Shown here in pieces: positions 47,074-62,013 of a stretch of 64,000 bases of DNA; the stretch's first letter is position 1; each line of letters starts with the position of its first letter. Origin of the DNA: Octopus sinensis (lineage: Eukaryota). The stretch is from positions 207,762,001 through 207,826,000 of the forward strand of contig NC_042997.1 in the NCBI RefSeq assembly GCF_006345805.1, given 5' to 3'. A model generated the notes under the pieces. The model saw nothing but the letters and a program-made list of their open reading frames with translations. It was not told the DNA's origin and did no database searches. Both the position numbers and the translations under genes were made by a program.

Positions 47074-49105
47074 ATATATACATATACATATATTCATATA
47101 TGTATGTGTGTGTGTGTTTGTGTGTTAAGCAAGATATAAATTAGTGGTTCTGCAACCATCTAAAGAATAGCCGATTCCATTGGCCCTCTTGGTGTATTAC
47201 CTCACTGTGTATAGTCCTAGCTATAAGGTATACGGTAGCAGATAATTTATATGCAAAACCGTGGTTTAATATATATGTGTGCGTGTACGTGGACACACCA
47301 CCTGACTGTTTGTGGAAAAACGCTCCAACTAATGGCCACCATTGGAGAAAACCGGATAAATTCTGTGGTGACTTAGAAAAATGTAAGTGAAGTCTCTGGA
47401 GGTGTCAAAAATGAAAGTGAAATCTTCTCTAACCTACATTCACCTTCCTTTCCTATAAAAAAAACTTTTCAGATTTTTCTTCTTTTGAAAAGTTTTCTTT
47501 GTGTCGTCTGTTGTAAATAATAATAATAAACTTTTATCACAAAATGTTCGTACAAGTAAATTGTGTTAAAAGAGGGCAGAGGGGGAAGTGTTTTTTTTCT
47601 TTCTGGGAAAACCACTGATGTCATACAAAGTTGTTGTTAAACCAATCAATAGCTTAAAAACGATCAAATAAAGTTTCAAGTTTCACTTTTGCTCAGAGTT
47701 GTGACGAGGTAAGTTTTTTTTGTTTTACATCTTCCTAATTTAATTTCTTTAATCCCGTCTCTCCATTGCTTTACAAAAACTTTACAAAATCGATTTCAAT
47801 ACTTTTCCTTACATTATAACTACATGGATTTGTTTCCTCTCAATTTTAAGAATGTATGTGTGTGTGTTTGTGTGTGCATGTGTGCGTGCGTATTTCCAAG
47901 TTTTGCAGGTATATGTGATGTGTGTCATTACGTATGTCTGCAAAGCCATCGATATTTTCCCCCATCATCGGAACCTACAGCCTCTTAAAGCTATTTCTAG
48001 TAAATTTCATTCAAGAACATCAACTTTTCTGAAAGTTACAAAGAAACAAAATTGTTGGAGGGGCACCTGTCTAGGTATGCCATGTTTTCTTGGTCATAAA
48101 ATGAAGACCTGTAATAAAGTCACAAATAATTTGTCCCCCACCCTAGGACAAAACCCCCTCGGACAATCCCCCCACCTCTGGTCAAAACTCCCATAGTTTT
48201 CCTGTTAATTTTTGGTTACCTGGATTCCATAAAATTATGTTGAAAGTTTTTACGTACGTGAAGCTAGAAATGGCAGCCAAATCTCCTCATATAGGCCACA
48301 CCCTAGAAGAAGACAATTGTTTCATTATCAGAGATACTAACACGTCAGTTTTATGTTGATATTTAAGACGATGGGGGTTGTCTGGCAAATGACCGCCGCC
48401 CCAGTAGAATGAAAATATATAGCAAATCCGGGCTAGGATTGAAACAGGAGTTGTAGTGAGATGCAACCGAAGAGGTATGTGGAAACTTGTTTGGATTTGG
48501 TTTGAGAGAATCTCTGAATAAACAGATTCTATTTTTCTTTCGGTTCTTTATTGATCGATGTAATACATACATACACACAGATATAGTATACATTTCATAC
48601 ATATACACACATATACAATGCCTGTATACATTGATAAATGCGGGGTGGGAGGGGGACAGATTCAGAGTTGGAAATGCCGTGTGGTTTTTAGCGAAATCGG
48701 AATAATTTGTTATCATCGAAAACGTGGGAATTATTATCAAGATTCCCAACAGGTTTTCTATTAATTGAAGCCGCTTTGGTAAAAGGTTACTCTGTAATGT
48801 TTGTTGATCACGGAAATCTATTTACACTTACTCATCATCTTTTTTTACTGAGATTCATTTTCTGTCTTAATTTTATTGCTTTCATTTTGATTTCTTGGGT
48901 GTGGCGTTAAAAGGCCGTAACCTGACACATGGGTTTCTGTTTACATGTTTTCTTTCTTTCGTTTCTTTTCTTTACTTCTTTCTTTCTCTCTTTCTTTCCT
49001 TTCCTCCTCCCTTCTCTCTCTCTTTCTCTCTTCCTCTCTCCCTCCCTACCTCTCTTTCTTTCTGTCTCTCTCTGTCTGCTCTCTCTCTCTCTCTCTCTCT
49101 CTCTC

Positions 49106-52100
49106 ATCGGTCGTGTTATTCCTTGCTCCGCAGTGAAAAATTGTTTTTGTGCCGAAAATTGTTTACTGTTTTGGTCGCCGAGACCACTTCTTTTCTGCTG
49201 TTGCAGCAAAGTTTTGCTGTTCTTTCCGCCTTGTTTCAAGAGGGAAACGGCAAAAAACATGAATTTGCCACCAATTTCTTCCGAGTCCGAGGAAAACTTT
49301 GAAAATTTGTTTGAAGGCAGAGAGACGAAAATGTGGGAGGAGGAAGGTAAAAGTATAGAGGCGTCTCACGCGCGCGTTACAAAAGCAGACGACAAGATGT
49401 CGAGCGAGGCTAAACAAGAGGAAAAGTCGAAATTAAATTTTCCGTGTTCAGCAACTGGCCCCTGTGAAACCATCGTAATAAACACGGAAGATTTAAAGAA
49501 ATTTCAAGGACTACTCAAAAAAGAAGGTGAAAATGTGAAGTTGCTCCCTCCCAGTGAATTAATTAACCCGACGGAGAGAAAAGCTTTGATGTATAAGACG
49601 CACCATGTGAAAAATAGAAAAATTGACTTCACGCTGAGGGAAGCGATAGAAAAATGCTTGAGGCCGATATGGCAACAAACAGGTTATATAACGAGAGGTA
49701 GTCGCTTCGGCACTGTATAGGTGCGTTTCCCGAGCGAAGAAAAAGCCAGGGAACATTCAACAATGACATTGAAGTCGGAAGAAGTAGTCCTCCTGCAAAC
49801 TTACTTAGGAAGGAGAACTTTAAAAGTCAGGGTCAGTGATATACCATCCGTAATAGATGTGGCCTGGGTGGTAGCCGCTATTCTCATGGGCAAAGAGGAA
49901 GAAATTACAATTCTTCAAACTAAGAGATACCACCACATGAACTGGATTGGACAAGATTTAGAGCTTGTGATCCAAGCAAACCCCTCAGACTTAGAAAAAA
50001 TGCCCGGTTCACTTATAATTGCGGAAAATACCAGCCTGGTGGTGGTAGTCGTGGGGAGAAAGCCTAGGTGCTACAAATGTAGCAAGAAAGGCCACATAAA
50101 GTCGAACTGTAAGAAGAAGACAGCCAAAAAAAAACGCAGCAGAAGAGGCAAGCACGACACCAAAGACAACGACCACACTGCTAGAAATAGCAGCCACGTC
50201 GCACAGACAAATTGCCGAAGTACAGCCGACAGCGGGAGAAAACAACAACAACAACCAGGAGTGGGTCACCGTGGAACCTTCAAAGAGAAGATGGAAACAA
50301 AAACTCCACCCTCTTCAGATACACAGTACTATGCTCCGAGATAGACAAGCACACCCTCAGCTGCAAACACACATGTAGCCAAAAAACCACACACACTGGA
50401 AATAGCACACACAAACACACACACACCTACCACAAGCACACACACACCTACAAACATCCACGCGTCTACAAGCACACACACACCCCTCCACAATCGCCTA
50501 ATATAAAAGAGAAACACCTTCACGGTGATAAACAAAAATAATAAACTCTTAAGAGACCAAATTGGTTTAATGAAATCAGCGAAAAAATATATTGCAACAG
50601 ATTTAAATAGTATAATTCTCGAAAATGTCGAATTTTATACTATAGACAACACAGACTATTTCGAACTAAAAAAATCTTTTGCAGAGGATGTCGGCCCATT
50701 ACAGATGAACTTTTCGAGCCATCTGTACAGGCAATTCATGAAAAAAATGACCTCACAAACCACAACAGTCACAGACAGAAAAGAGGAGGGTGAAACTACA
50801 CCCTCTCTTCCGTTAAAACAGTAAGTTTTAAACATACAACTTATTTTTCACATTCTCGTTTAAAATCGGTTGTTTAAATATTCACGGCCTGGGGTTGTAT
50901 TGGAAGCAAGGCTACCACCTTAATGACCTTGGATCGCATTGTTTGGATGTAATTGTAATTACCGAATCCAGACTGAGTGGGCTGCAGGCTTTTTTGCCCC
51001 TTCTAAACGGCTACGAGAAATACATTTCTCCCTGTCGACCGGGAGTGGGGCGGAAGAGTGGCAGCGCTGGTCACAGAAAAACCTGGATTTAGTGATTAGA
51101 ACTGTCTTTATAGATCCAGAAGGCAGGCTGGTCGTTTCGGATGTGACGCACAGCAGTGGTAAAGTGTTCAGGCTGGTCGCTGTCTATGCTCCCTGCAAAG
51201 GAAAAGCCGGGCAGAAAGATAACTTTAAAAGCCTAGAGAATTTTCTCAGCACGTCAAACATGTTAGTATTGCTAAGTGACTTCAACACAATTTGCGATGC
51301 ATGTGTAGATTATGTTCACTTGAGAAAGAATAGGAGGGGATTACCTCACCTGAACGATCTGCTAAGTCGTTTCGAGTTGGCAGATCGATTCAGACTGGAC
51401 CACCCAGACACTCCAGCGTGGACCTGGGCAAGAAACGACGGGTCATCCAGATCTTACATAGATAGAATCATTACTAGAAGGAAAGATAAGAAAATACTCA
51501 GTGGTCCACAACACCATATTGTCAGCTACAGCGATCACAAATTAGTGACGTGTACACTCGACCTATATAGTATGTGTAGACAAGGTACCGGTTACTGGAA
51601 ACTAAACAAGTCACTATTGAACTGTAAAGCCTACAGGAAGCGGATTAGACAGTTAGTAATGAGGGCGTTAACTGGATCCATTATCAACAACAAAAAAGAG
51701 CCATCAAATTTGAGTCGATTAGGTTTAGCAAAGAATTAGATAGTTCTAGAAACAAATTAGAAAAGGAACTAGTTAAGGCAGTAGATGAGGCAATGAGGTC
51801 AGGCAGTGCATCGAAAGTGTTAGCGGCGAGGTTGGCACTCGACCAACATCTCAAAGCTAAACACGAAGGGTGCATTGTCAGGGCTAAGATCCGTGCAATG
51901 AGACAGGAAGGGATCAACGCAACTGGTTGGGCCCGGGTGGTAGAGGGCCAGCATGGCAACAACTCAACCATTCGATCTTTGACAGACCCAAATGCTCAAT
52001 CAGTAAACGGAGATGTGCAAGGTGTTTCTCGATCATTTCACCCAGCTATTCGGGAGGAGTGGCAGACTGGAGCGTCGAGAGAAGCTCGCAGACTTCCTGG

Positions 52101-54135
52101 CCGGTTCGCCATGTCTATCGAAGCCGGACGCGGAATCTTGTGAGGCGCCGATCACAGCCAAGGAAGTCGAGGATGTGTTGGCAGACTGCGGCAGGGACAA
52201 ATTGCCGGGACTCGATGGTCTGCCTTACAAACCCTATAGTAGCATGCCAGACTTGTTTGGGCACCTACTTGCATGCGTGTACACCAACTGGCAGCAGAAC
52301 GGGAGAATTCCCAAGTCTGTGAGCCGAGGGGTGGTAGCGCTGTTAAGAAAGGACCCAAACAATGGAGATTTAATTGATAATTTTCGGCCTATCACTCTGC
52401 TTGACACAGAGTTGAAGATTTTGGCCAAGGTCTTAGCAAAAAGGTTGGCGCAGGTCGTGGGTGAACTTGTTGGTGAGGCGCAAACTTGCGCCATCCTGGA
52501 AGGACCATCCACGACAATCTCCACTTTCTACGCTATGCCTTAGAAGGGTAAAAGGGATTCCTGGCAAGGGTGGGGCTATGGTCCACTTGGACCAATTGAA
52601 AGCGTACGATAGGGTAGACCATCAGTATCTGGCGGCGGCTGGCTTCGGCCCGAGCTTCTGCAGATAGATCAATGCTTTATACAGCAACAGTGAATCGGTA
52701 GTTCGGGTGAATGGTTTCTTTTCGGAGCCATTCCGTTTTGAACGTTCAGTACGTCAAGGGTGCCCTCTCTCCCTGCTTCTCTACGTTTTGGCCCTTGAGC
52801 CATTGCTGGGGAGGTTGGAAACTATGAGGAGTGCTCCGCAAGATCTAGAGTGTGGAAAGTCAGCTTCGGCGTATGCGGACGACATAACCGTCATCATGTC
52901 CCGGGTCGAGTACCTACAGTTAGTGGGTGAGGCCTTAAGAGATTATGAAGCGGTGGCAGGAGCGAAAGTCAACCAGGATAAATCGGTTGGCTTACAACTC
53001 ATAGGACGTTGGATGGAAGGGCCGGTGAAAATGCTTGGAATTTGGTTAGGTCCAGATCTCCAGATAGAGAAGAATTGGAGCGAGGTGGCGAGAAAGGTGG
53101 TTCTCCTAACTCAGACCTGGTCTGAGCAGAAGCTGTCCTTGAAAGGGAGGGCGGAGGTTGCAGAGGTGTTTATCGCCTGACCATCGTGCCTTGCCCCGAT
53201 TCATGGCTGAACAAGCTGCAATGCATGCTCTTTCGCTTTTTGTGGAGGGGCAGCAGACTTCTTGTAAGGTACTCTATCTGCTGCCAAAAGCCGCAGAGGG
53301 GTGGGTTAGGGATGCCGTGGCTAAAAATGTGCAGACATGCGCTCATGCTTAGGCACCTCTGGTTTTACCTGGATGGTGAGCTGGTGTGGTCTCCGTTCAT
53401 CAAGTTGTTATTTCCACAGTTCGCATCATTTACCAAACTGAGCCCAAGGATCAGGTGTAGACCGAGGTTGCGTGTGTGGCATGCAGAGTGCCATCAGGCA
53501 CTTGTGCTTCTCTCCCAGTCGGGCTACGCCGGTGGCGGGGGTACTACCTCATTCTTCTATAGAGGGTTAGTAGAGTTTAAGTGTGACGACGTCCTGAGAG
53601 AAACCCTAGGCTTCGACGCAGATCAACTGGCCAGCCTGTTCCAAAGAACATTTGGTCCGTGGCCTATGGATAATTACCAAAAGTCCCTGGCCTGGCAATG
53701 TTACAGAGGAGCTTTACCTGTTTGAGATAAGCTCTTTAGACATGGGTGTGCACCTTCGCCGGCTTGTGCAAGATGTGAGTGGGACAGTGAAACTGTCCTA
53801 CATGCGATTGCGCAATGCTCCAAGGTGACTGAACTCTGGGCTTATGTCGAACACCTGCAGTCACATTCAAGAAGAGTACAACTGTCAAGTGAATCTGTAA
53901 TTAAGGTTGTTCCGCTGACCTCCCTGAACAGGGAGGAGCGAGCCTGTTTTCTCTCGGTAGTTGCTGTGGTGAAAGAGGTAGTATGGAAGACGAGAGTGAA
54001 AGGAATTGCAACAGGCATGTTCATCTCCAGTCTCGAGCTAATCAACTTTTTCGTTTTCCACATGAAACGGAAAATAAGGCTGGAGAAGAAATGCCTGTCA
54101 CAAAGTGTGTTTCGTAAAAGATGGAGAATGTACTC
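49106..54135 (+). mobile_element. Tx1/L1-clade LINE, near full length, degenerate
   Basis: ORF1 from 49259 (stop at 49718-49720) with CCHC CYKCSKKGHIKSNC. ORF2 from about 50862: IGCLNIHGL, VAVYAP, SYIDRI, SDHKLV, RQGCPLS, AYADDI and a C-terminal CARC...LHA...C zinc motif. Many frameshifts, and no 3' tail seen. Confidence 0.9.
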
Positions 54136-56959
54136 AACTCATCCTCTCCCCCAAATTTTCAGACCTTGTGCTTACAGTAGAAAGGATTAAAATTGACATA
54201 GATGTGTAAATTTGATGTTGAAAGGGAGAAAAAAGCAGTTCAACTCCAATTGAAATCAATTTTTTCCTTGTAACATTGCGTCTGCTTAATGTTTGTCATA
54301 GAAAGGGCTCCACTCATTTTCACTTAGACATTCGACTCTTGAAAAAGGAGAAGACGGTCTTTCGGAATAGCTACAAATAAAGTTCTTTATATAATGAATT
54401 TGGAAATAATCTTTAGGAAAAATTTATTTATTGAACTGCTCAAATAAATAAATTTTTGTAGATTTAATAAATGGAATTTTGTAAAATTTCAGTATGACTT
54501 AAAAAATTACAGCTCAACTTTAATTGAAATTTCCTTTTTTTTTGTAACAATTTGAATTTGTGATGAGTGTATTTAGAAACTTTATTTTCCCCTCATTATT
54601 TTTTACCAGAATTTCTTTGGGTCCCTGTCTTCCATATAGGAGATTAGGATTTTGTCTCAAAAATATGTTTTCAGAATGTTAATAACTTTTACTCTCCCCA
54701 CCCCAATTTTGAATTTTTTATTTTTTTCAAAATTATTTTTTAAAAATCCACATAGAAAAATAGAGATTACATATCTTTACTAATTTTTGTTTTTCAGTTT
54801 TTCTTAAAGAAACTCAAATTCCTTCCCCCAACCTACACCCATCACCTCCGAATGTTTTACCGTTAGTATTTTTTAAAGCATCGAAGTTTTTCTTGAAATA
54901 ATGTCGTTTAGCTGTTGTTTCTAGCACGTTGGGATTTCTGGTGGTGGTCTGATATTTTTGACATCTGCTATTTCAGTAGAATTCTATGCATTTGTGAAAC
55001 ATCAGACGAAAGTGAAACATTCTGAGTTTTTAGTTTTTTGAAAGCAGGGAGATGATGGGTGGGTGTGAGGGGAGGAACGGGCATTCTGTGTTTCTTAAAG
55101 AAAAACACACAATGAATTTTTTTAAATTCTAAAAAGAGTTTAAAATTAAGAAATTGGGGCACGGGTGGGGGAAAATCAAAATTTTGAAAACTGGATTTTT
55201 TGACAAAACCATATTCTCCTATATCAAACACAGATATTCAAAAGAGTTTTTGACAAACACACCATAAATGGGTGGTGTACACATTCTTTACCTTTGCCAA
55301 ATTTTATGCTTTTAACAGGTGTAGTGTTTATCTTTACTTTAAAAAAGTGTGGTTGTTTGTATGTTTGGAATCTCCATCATCGAAAACAGGAATCCAGTGC
55401 AAATAAAATAATTGGAAAGGTTGGTAACTGTGCACCAGGTCTGCCATAAAAATACATGGTGGGTACACACATATTAATGGGGGTATGGTGCAAAATTAGT
55501 AAACGGGGCAAAATGAGTAACTTCTGATTTCTTCCTCCCTATATGAAATCCCTTACTTCGTAAGCATTGCATCGCCATTTTGCATTGCTACATTATACTT
55601 AGGGATAAAAACTGGTTGTTGCTGTTGAAGTTGTGGAAGTACAAAGCATAGTCAAGGGGCAGGTCCCGTTTTTTTTTGTCAAGAAATTTCTCTTCAACTT
55701 TGACCCAATTGTAATTGAGGTTGCTAATAAAATATCTGGATAATTTTTCATGCTAAACAATCAATATTGATTTCTCTGCTTGATTCCAAGTTGATTTTTC
55801 CTCATACTAATGTCTAATTTGATAATCTTCAAGTTTCCCAAAAGTTACAACGAGTAATGACTAATTTCAGTAATTTCTTCTCTTTAACTGCATGGTGGGT
55901 AAATGTATCATGAAGGGAACATTCCAGCAGATCGTGAAGAAGAAGAAGAAGAATATTTTATGTTGGGTTTTCTTATATTTAGTTGAATTTCATTAATTTC
56001 ATATCCTGTGCCATTTTTTCCCTGATCCTCTTTCATTTCATTTAGATTTTTAAATGTTATTCTTTTGGCATGTCTGAATGTTTCTGACGTTTTCAGATGG
56101 ATATCTGTATGCGTCTGTTTTCTGAAGAACTGAAGTAGTTTTTTGTAGGGTAAGTAAGCATTTGTGACAAAAATTTCTTTTATCTCAAACTCAAAAATGC
56201 ATTAAATGCATCTCATTCGAGGCACATCACAATGTTTTTCCAAATTTCAAGTTTCATTTTGTGAATCTCTGTGAAGTGTGTCAGTATGTATGTGACCCAC
56301 CTATTTTAATAAGACTAGCATCAACAGAAACCTGAAAAGAAAACCTGCTGTAGAAAGGGTGTCACGGTAGCCAAAAGCTGCCCTTTAATCTCAGATTCCT
56401 ACAAAGCCCTCCTCACTGTCACTTCTATAATGCTTCACTTGGACATATGTCTTTGTCAAGTCTACAAAGCAATTCCATTATACTTTCTGGCAAATTCTCA
56501 CAATTTCTCAAAGACCTGCTGTGGAGAGAATATCTGGTTGGTTGTGCCACGGCTAGGATGGAAACCACACTGATGTTCTTCCTCACATCTCTTTTCCAGA
56601 CATCAAGGAGGCTCAACAAAGAGTTTCCTCGACAATCAGAGCTCTCTCTCTCTCTTCCTTTCTTTCTTGTCCCTTTTTGAAAATGATGATTACCACTCTG
56701 ACCTGCCATTGCTTTGGTGTCTTTCCAGAGTTCCAAGCCATTTGGAATACATGAGACAGCCAGAGAATACCTTCTCCATTTAAGTCCTTTCACATCTCAG
56801 GCTCAGTTTCGTCCTCCCCCCCTTGTGCCGCTTGTCCACATTTTAGCAATTTAGTCACATCTGTGTCTTTAGCGTCTGTTAGTTTAGTCTTCATCCCTAG
56901 ATGCACCTCCTGTCCACCGGAAGATTTTATTGTAACTGGAAACCAGAACTTTTGGCATT

Positions 56960-57090
56960 GTCATCATCATCATTGTTCAACCGTGGTCGAGACAATGGAA
57001 TTTACTATGTTACGCCAGACTTCACGGTCCATCATAGCATTACGGAGGTCCTGTTGCTGGATGCCTGTATCCCTGGAGATTACAGGGCAT
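56960..57090 (-). mobile_element. 3' tip of a second RTE family
   Basis: Minus-strand ISRDTGIQQQDLRNAMMDREVWRNIV...* followed by (GAT)n. Confidence 0.7.
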
Positions 57091-58160
57091 TGTACAACAG
57101 AAAGAACACCTATTTTTCCATAAGTTGTAAGATAGTTGTTTTTACAAAATATGTAAAACATCTGAATGAGGTTTATCAAGAGTATGCACAGTAAAAAAAT
57201 TAAGTTCTTTAATAATATGTTGTCTTTCAGAGATTCATTAAAAGATAGAGAGAGAGAGTGGGGAAGGAGGGTGTGTGTGCTCATGTGTTCTAAGTTGGTC
57301 GATGAAAGCAGTGAGAGAGAATGTCTATTCATGTTATATGAACCAAGATTGGTAAAACAACCTCAAGCAAAGTCAACTTACTCCTCAAGATTCTTTATGT
57401 AAAGCATTGGTAAGGCACCAAAGAATGGCTTGTTGAGAATTTGCTGAGCCTTGTTGATTGGCCAGTTGTAATCCAAAAGTTGCACGTTAATCTGTTAAAA
57501 AACAAAACGAAAAAAGCAGCAGATTTTGTTTTCTTGCTTTCCACATTTGAGCAGGAGTCACGGTGACTGGCATTGTGACAGGAGTACCACAACCCCAACG
57601 AAGCAATTGACCAATCACAATTGCTGTATTATGTGGTTCAAGACCAAGGTGTTGTTGGCAGAAAACAGACCCTGGGAAAAAGCTAGTGAACTTTTGCACA
57701 TCTTCCTCCCAACTCATACAGATGGCTCACACTAGGAAGGCCAGACTCAGTTGCATTTTATGTGATATTATGCAGAGCCCCTTGTTTGCACATTCCATGA
57801 CAATACCTCTTACCAGCTTAAAAACTGGACAGTGTTTTTGCTTGCTGTCAACCATTGTCAACTGGTAAACATTTTGATTTTATAAACACAGGCATTTGTG
57901 CATTCATTTTCTATCACACGTTTGGCTAACACGTTATTCAGCTGACTTTGTTAAATGTGAAAATATCTTTTGTACATTCTCACAAACACACGTAAACCTT
58001 ATTACCTTGCATAATGTTGTCAATTAACCCTTTAGCATTTAGACTGGCCAAATCTGGCCCTAACATATAACTTGTTTTATATTTAAACTGGAAAGATCCA
58101 GCCTTTGTAACACCTACAATGTCATGCTAAAAAATAATCACGTTATCAAAATGTTTAAAA

Positions 58161-58381
58161 CCCTTTCAGTATCAACCTGGTTGAAACCGGCTCTTGCTCT
58201 GTAGTACAAATGTCTTGTTTTCATAAGTTTAGAATTAAAATCTTCCGCCAAACTTTAGTCACAATTTATGTTCCTAACAATAGCTCAATAAAAACAAAGT
58301 TATTTAACTAAATTCTTTGTTATATTTAAAATGATTAAAAGAAATACAGAGCATCTCAAAATAAATATGGTAACGAAAGGG
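58161..58381. mobile_element. piggyBac-like MITE
   Basis: Ends CCCTTTC...GAAAGGG within degenerate TTAA-like flanks. Confidence 0.4.
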
Positions 58382-58749
58382 TAAAGCCATGTGATAATGG
58401 CATCAATTCAAAACAATGTGAATAGACAGGCATTACATTTGACAAAGTAATCCGAATCCACAAGTCATTCTGTAGACATTATGGTTGGAGGCAAGTCGTA
58501 AGCAGTATTCTTCACTTGCACGGATGTGCATGAACCACTTGAAGAATTGGATGCAGGTGGATATTGGAGGTGTTAGGATGTTGTTTGAAATAACTAGGGG
58601 AAGGATTTTCGTCTCTCCCTTAACTGTGAGAAGGAGAAAGAATATGAGAGAGAGGGAGTGAGAGGGAAAGAAAACCTACTTTGAGTACAAATGATGTATT
58701 CAATGCCTTAACAATGTTTTTTCCTAATTATTTTCTTTTCATTTTGCAG

Positions 58750-58784
58750 AGCAAAAATACATGTTGAAATCATGGCGGAGAAAG
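58750..58784 (+). CDS. Candidate 35-bp exon containing a start codon (MAEK...)
   Basis: CTAAT branch-like motif, long pyrimidine tract, GCAG acceptor (58746-58749), ATCATGG at 58769-58775 and an AAG|GTAT donor. Confidence 0.35.
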
Positions 58785-59596
58785 GTATTTATTTATTTTT
58801 TAATCATATTTATATAAAATTTTCTTTTTTGGATTTAAAGTTTCAAAAATAAAATTTGTGAAAACTTACTGAAAAAGCAATAAAACCATTACCCATCATC
58901 ATCATCATCATCATTTTTGCATCCCCTTTTCCTTTGCTTGCATAGATCTGATGGAATCCATTGAAGCAGCATTTTCAATGGCTGGGTGCCTCACCTGTCA
59001 CCAACCTTCACCAGTTTCCAAGCAAGATAATATTCCTCAAATAACAAACGTGTTTCTGTAGAAGATTGGAAACAAAGGACACTGCTTGTTTCTCTGTGTC
59101 TGTCATTGACCACCACCGGGGAATGCCAAGAAAATTATATAAACACACACACATTTTTCTTATATACATATGCGTGTGTGTGTGTGTACTGGAATGAAAA
59201 GTGCAGGTGCAGAATGCTAGAATATTCTTTTGTATTGAATCTGTAAAAATAAAGGACAAGAAGAAAAAAAGAAACAAAAAATATTTTTGTTGAAGTTAAA
59301 ATTTGCTAAATAATTTTCTGAAATTGTTCATGAAATAGTGTGTGTGTGTGCGCGCACACACTTTTTGGGGTTTTCTTAATATTTTTTTGCTTTTTATTGC
59401 AATTCTTTTATCAATTCATGTCAATATTTCTGATTAAAAAATTTCCTTGTATTAAAGAAAAAACATTCTTATTTTTAGTGTTATATTATTTTTTTTATTT
59501 TTATTTTCTTCACAAAACTCATTAACCAAAAATTTTAAATCACTGAAATTGTGTTAAAATTATATTCATGTAGAAGTATTTTTCTGCAATATACAC

Positions 59597-62013
59597 ATGA
59601 CCATGTCAACACTTCTGCTTGGAGTCGTTTACCCCCCCCCAAATTATCGTCAAGACGCACAGCTTTTTGATATCCTCAGAGCTGCTGCCATGAAAACAGC
59701 CACGTATGTTTATATTGCGGGCGACTTCAATTTCCCTGAGATTGACTGGGAGGCCTGGTGTAGGCCGCAAAGTGCAGACGACTTCCTTGAACTGGTGCTG
59801 AATTCAAATTGGTCCCAAGTCGTTACCTCCCCGACAAGGGGCAACAACACTTTGGATCTGCTATTTATCGCTTCTCCTGAAACAATCATTAGTGTCACTA
59901 CTGAAGAACCTTTAGGTTACTCTGATCATTCCATGATCATGGCCGATTTGTCTCTGATTGGTTGTAACAAAAACCACAACCATCTTCAGACTGCCCGCAT
60001 TGACTGGAATAAAGCAGACTGGAGCTCTTATTGTACTGAGCTGCAACGCCCAAACTGGCTCGAATTTTATGCCTCTGGAGATGTGAACACTATACTCCAG
60101 AACACTATACAGAATTCAATATGGGCAGCATGTGCAGCATCAGTACCATGCAAGCACAAAAAACCACCAAATAGTGCAATTTGGGAGACTGCAGCAGTCT
60201 GACTTGCCAGGAAAGAACGCCGTAATGCTGAACAGGAATACAAATTGCACAAATCAGAGATCAACAGGAAAAAGTGCAATAGGTCAGCCAACCACCTCAA
60301 GCAGGTGACAAAACAGGCAGTGCTTGAATTTGAACAACGCATTGCAACTAATCCTGACAGCAAAGTGTTCTGGAAGTATGTGCACTCCCCACTCTCCAGT
60401 TGGTCCCCTTCGCAATCCCCACACAGGACAGATTACTGGCAATCCCGAAGAATGTGCAGAAATAATTGCTGGATGCTATGCCGGCATCTTTACTGTCGAA
60501 GACCAAAATGTTCCATCTTCATCAACACTGACATCGGACTCTATATCTACTATGCAATTTACACCAGCAATGCTACAACGCCACCTTAAGAATAAACGCA
60601 ACTATGCCTCTCCTGGTCTCGATGGTGTTACATACCTACTTCTCAAACGCGGTGGGTACTTTCTTCTAAGCCAACTTTCTCTATTCTTCCAATTCTGTCC
60701 TGATAATGGTGTTACTCCAGAACAGTGGAAAACTGCCAGTGTTATCCCTCTGTTCAAAAAAGGCGACTGCTCATCGCCTGTCAACTATCGCCCCGTTAGT
60801 CTTACTAGCTACATCACATAACTGATGGAATCCTGTATCAGAGAAACCCTCTGGAACTTCTGGAAGTCTCACAGCCTCATCCAGCCGTCACAATTTGGAT
60901 TTATTCCTAACTCCAGCTGCTGTAATCAACTCATCGAGTTTCTTGAGGATGTTACCCAAATCTCTGATCGTGGATCCTTGGTGGATGTTGTTTACCAGGA
61001 CTTTGCTAAGGCTTTTAACTCTGTGCCACACAAAAGACTTATGGTGAAGCTCTCTGCATTGGGCATAAGAGACAAACTCTATAACTGGTTGAAGTCCTTT
61101 ATTTTCAGCCGAAAAGAGGTTGTCACAGTTCTAGGACAGCACTCTTCACCCTATGAGATGACATCTGGTGTACCACAGGGATCTGTTCTTGGCCCCCTTT
61201 TATTTGTTACATATGTTAATGACATAGATGCCAACTTAAAGAATGCCACAGTGCTGAAATATGCAGATGACATCAAGCTGTACCTTGAAATAAAGAGGTC
61301 AGATCCTGTACACTATAGACCTCTATTGCAAGCAGACCTGGACACAATGCAGCAGTGGATCATGGACTGGCAACTCAAGCTGGCTGTGGACAAATGTACC
61401 ACCATGCATTTTAGGAGGAGAAACCCAGCGTCCACCTACTCCCTCCACAACACTAATCTCAAAAAGTCTTCATGTGAACGTGACCTGGGTGTTATTGTCG
61501 ACAGTGATTTGCGTTGGACAAAACACATCGCTAAAATTGTCAAGAAGGCTGAGGGTGTCTTGGCATCACTCACCAAATCCTTTGTGAGACGCTCTCCGAC
61601 TATCTATCTGCAGCTTCATATAGCTATGGTAAGACCTCACCTGGAATTTGCATCACTGGTCTGGAACCCCTATCTTGCCCAGGATGTTAATCGTCTGGAA
61701 GCCGTTCAGCGACGTGCAACCAAAAGAATACCCTCCATCAGGCATTTGCCATATCCTGAACGCCTTACTTCCTTGGGCATGGACACATTGAAACTCTGAC
61801 GTCTGGCAGCTGACTTGGCAGACACCCATAAAATTATCAACCATCTTACAAACAATAACTCTGAGCACCTTTTCAAACTCCACCCATCTAACACCCGTGG
61901 ACATATTTACAAAGTCAGAAAACAGCACAGCTCCCATGACTTTAGGAAACATTTTTTCACGCTGAGAGTTGCTGAAGCATGGAACAAACTGCCGGCGTCA
62001 GTTGTTAGTTGCA
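59597..62013 (+). mobile_element. CR1-clade LINE ORF2 (partial APE plus RT), degenerate
   Basis: IAGDFNFPEIDW, GYSDHSMI, YRPVSLTS, PQGSVLGPLLF, KYADDIK, RPHLEFAS and FFTLRVAEAWNKLP. Several stops and frameshifts. Confidence 0.92.

Noticed and set aside
56420-57870. Short ORFs possibly from old Tx1 or DNA transposons
   Set aside because: Too degenerate to assign by eye; no diagnostic motif is intact.
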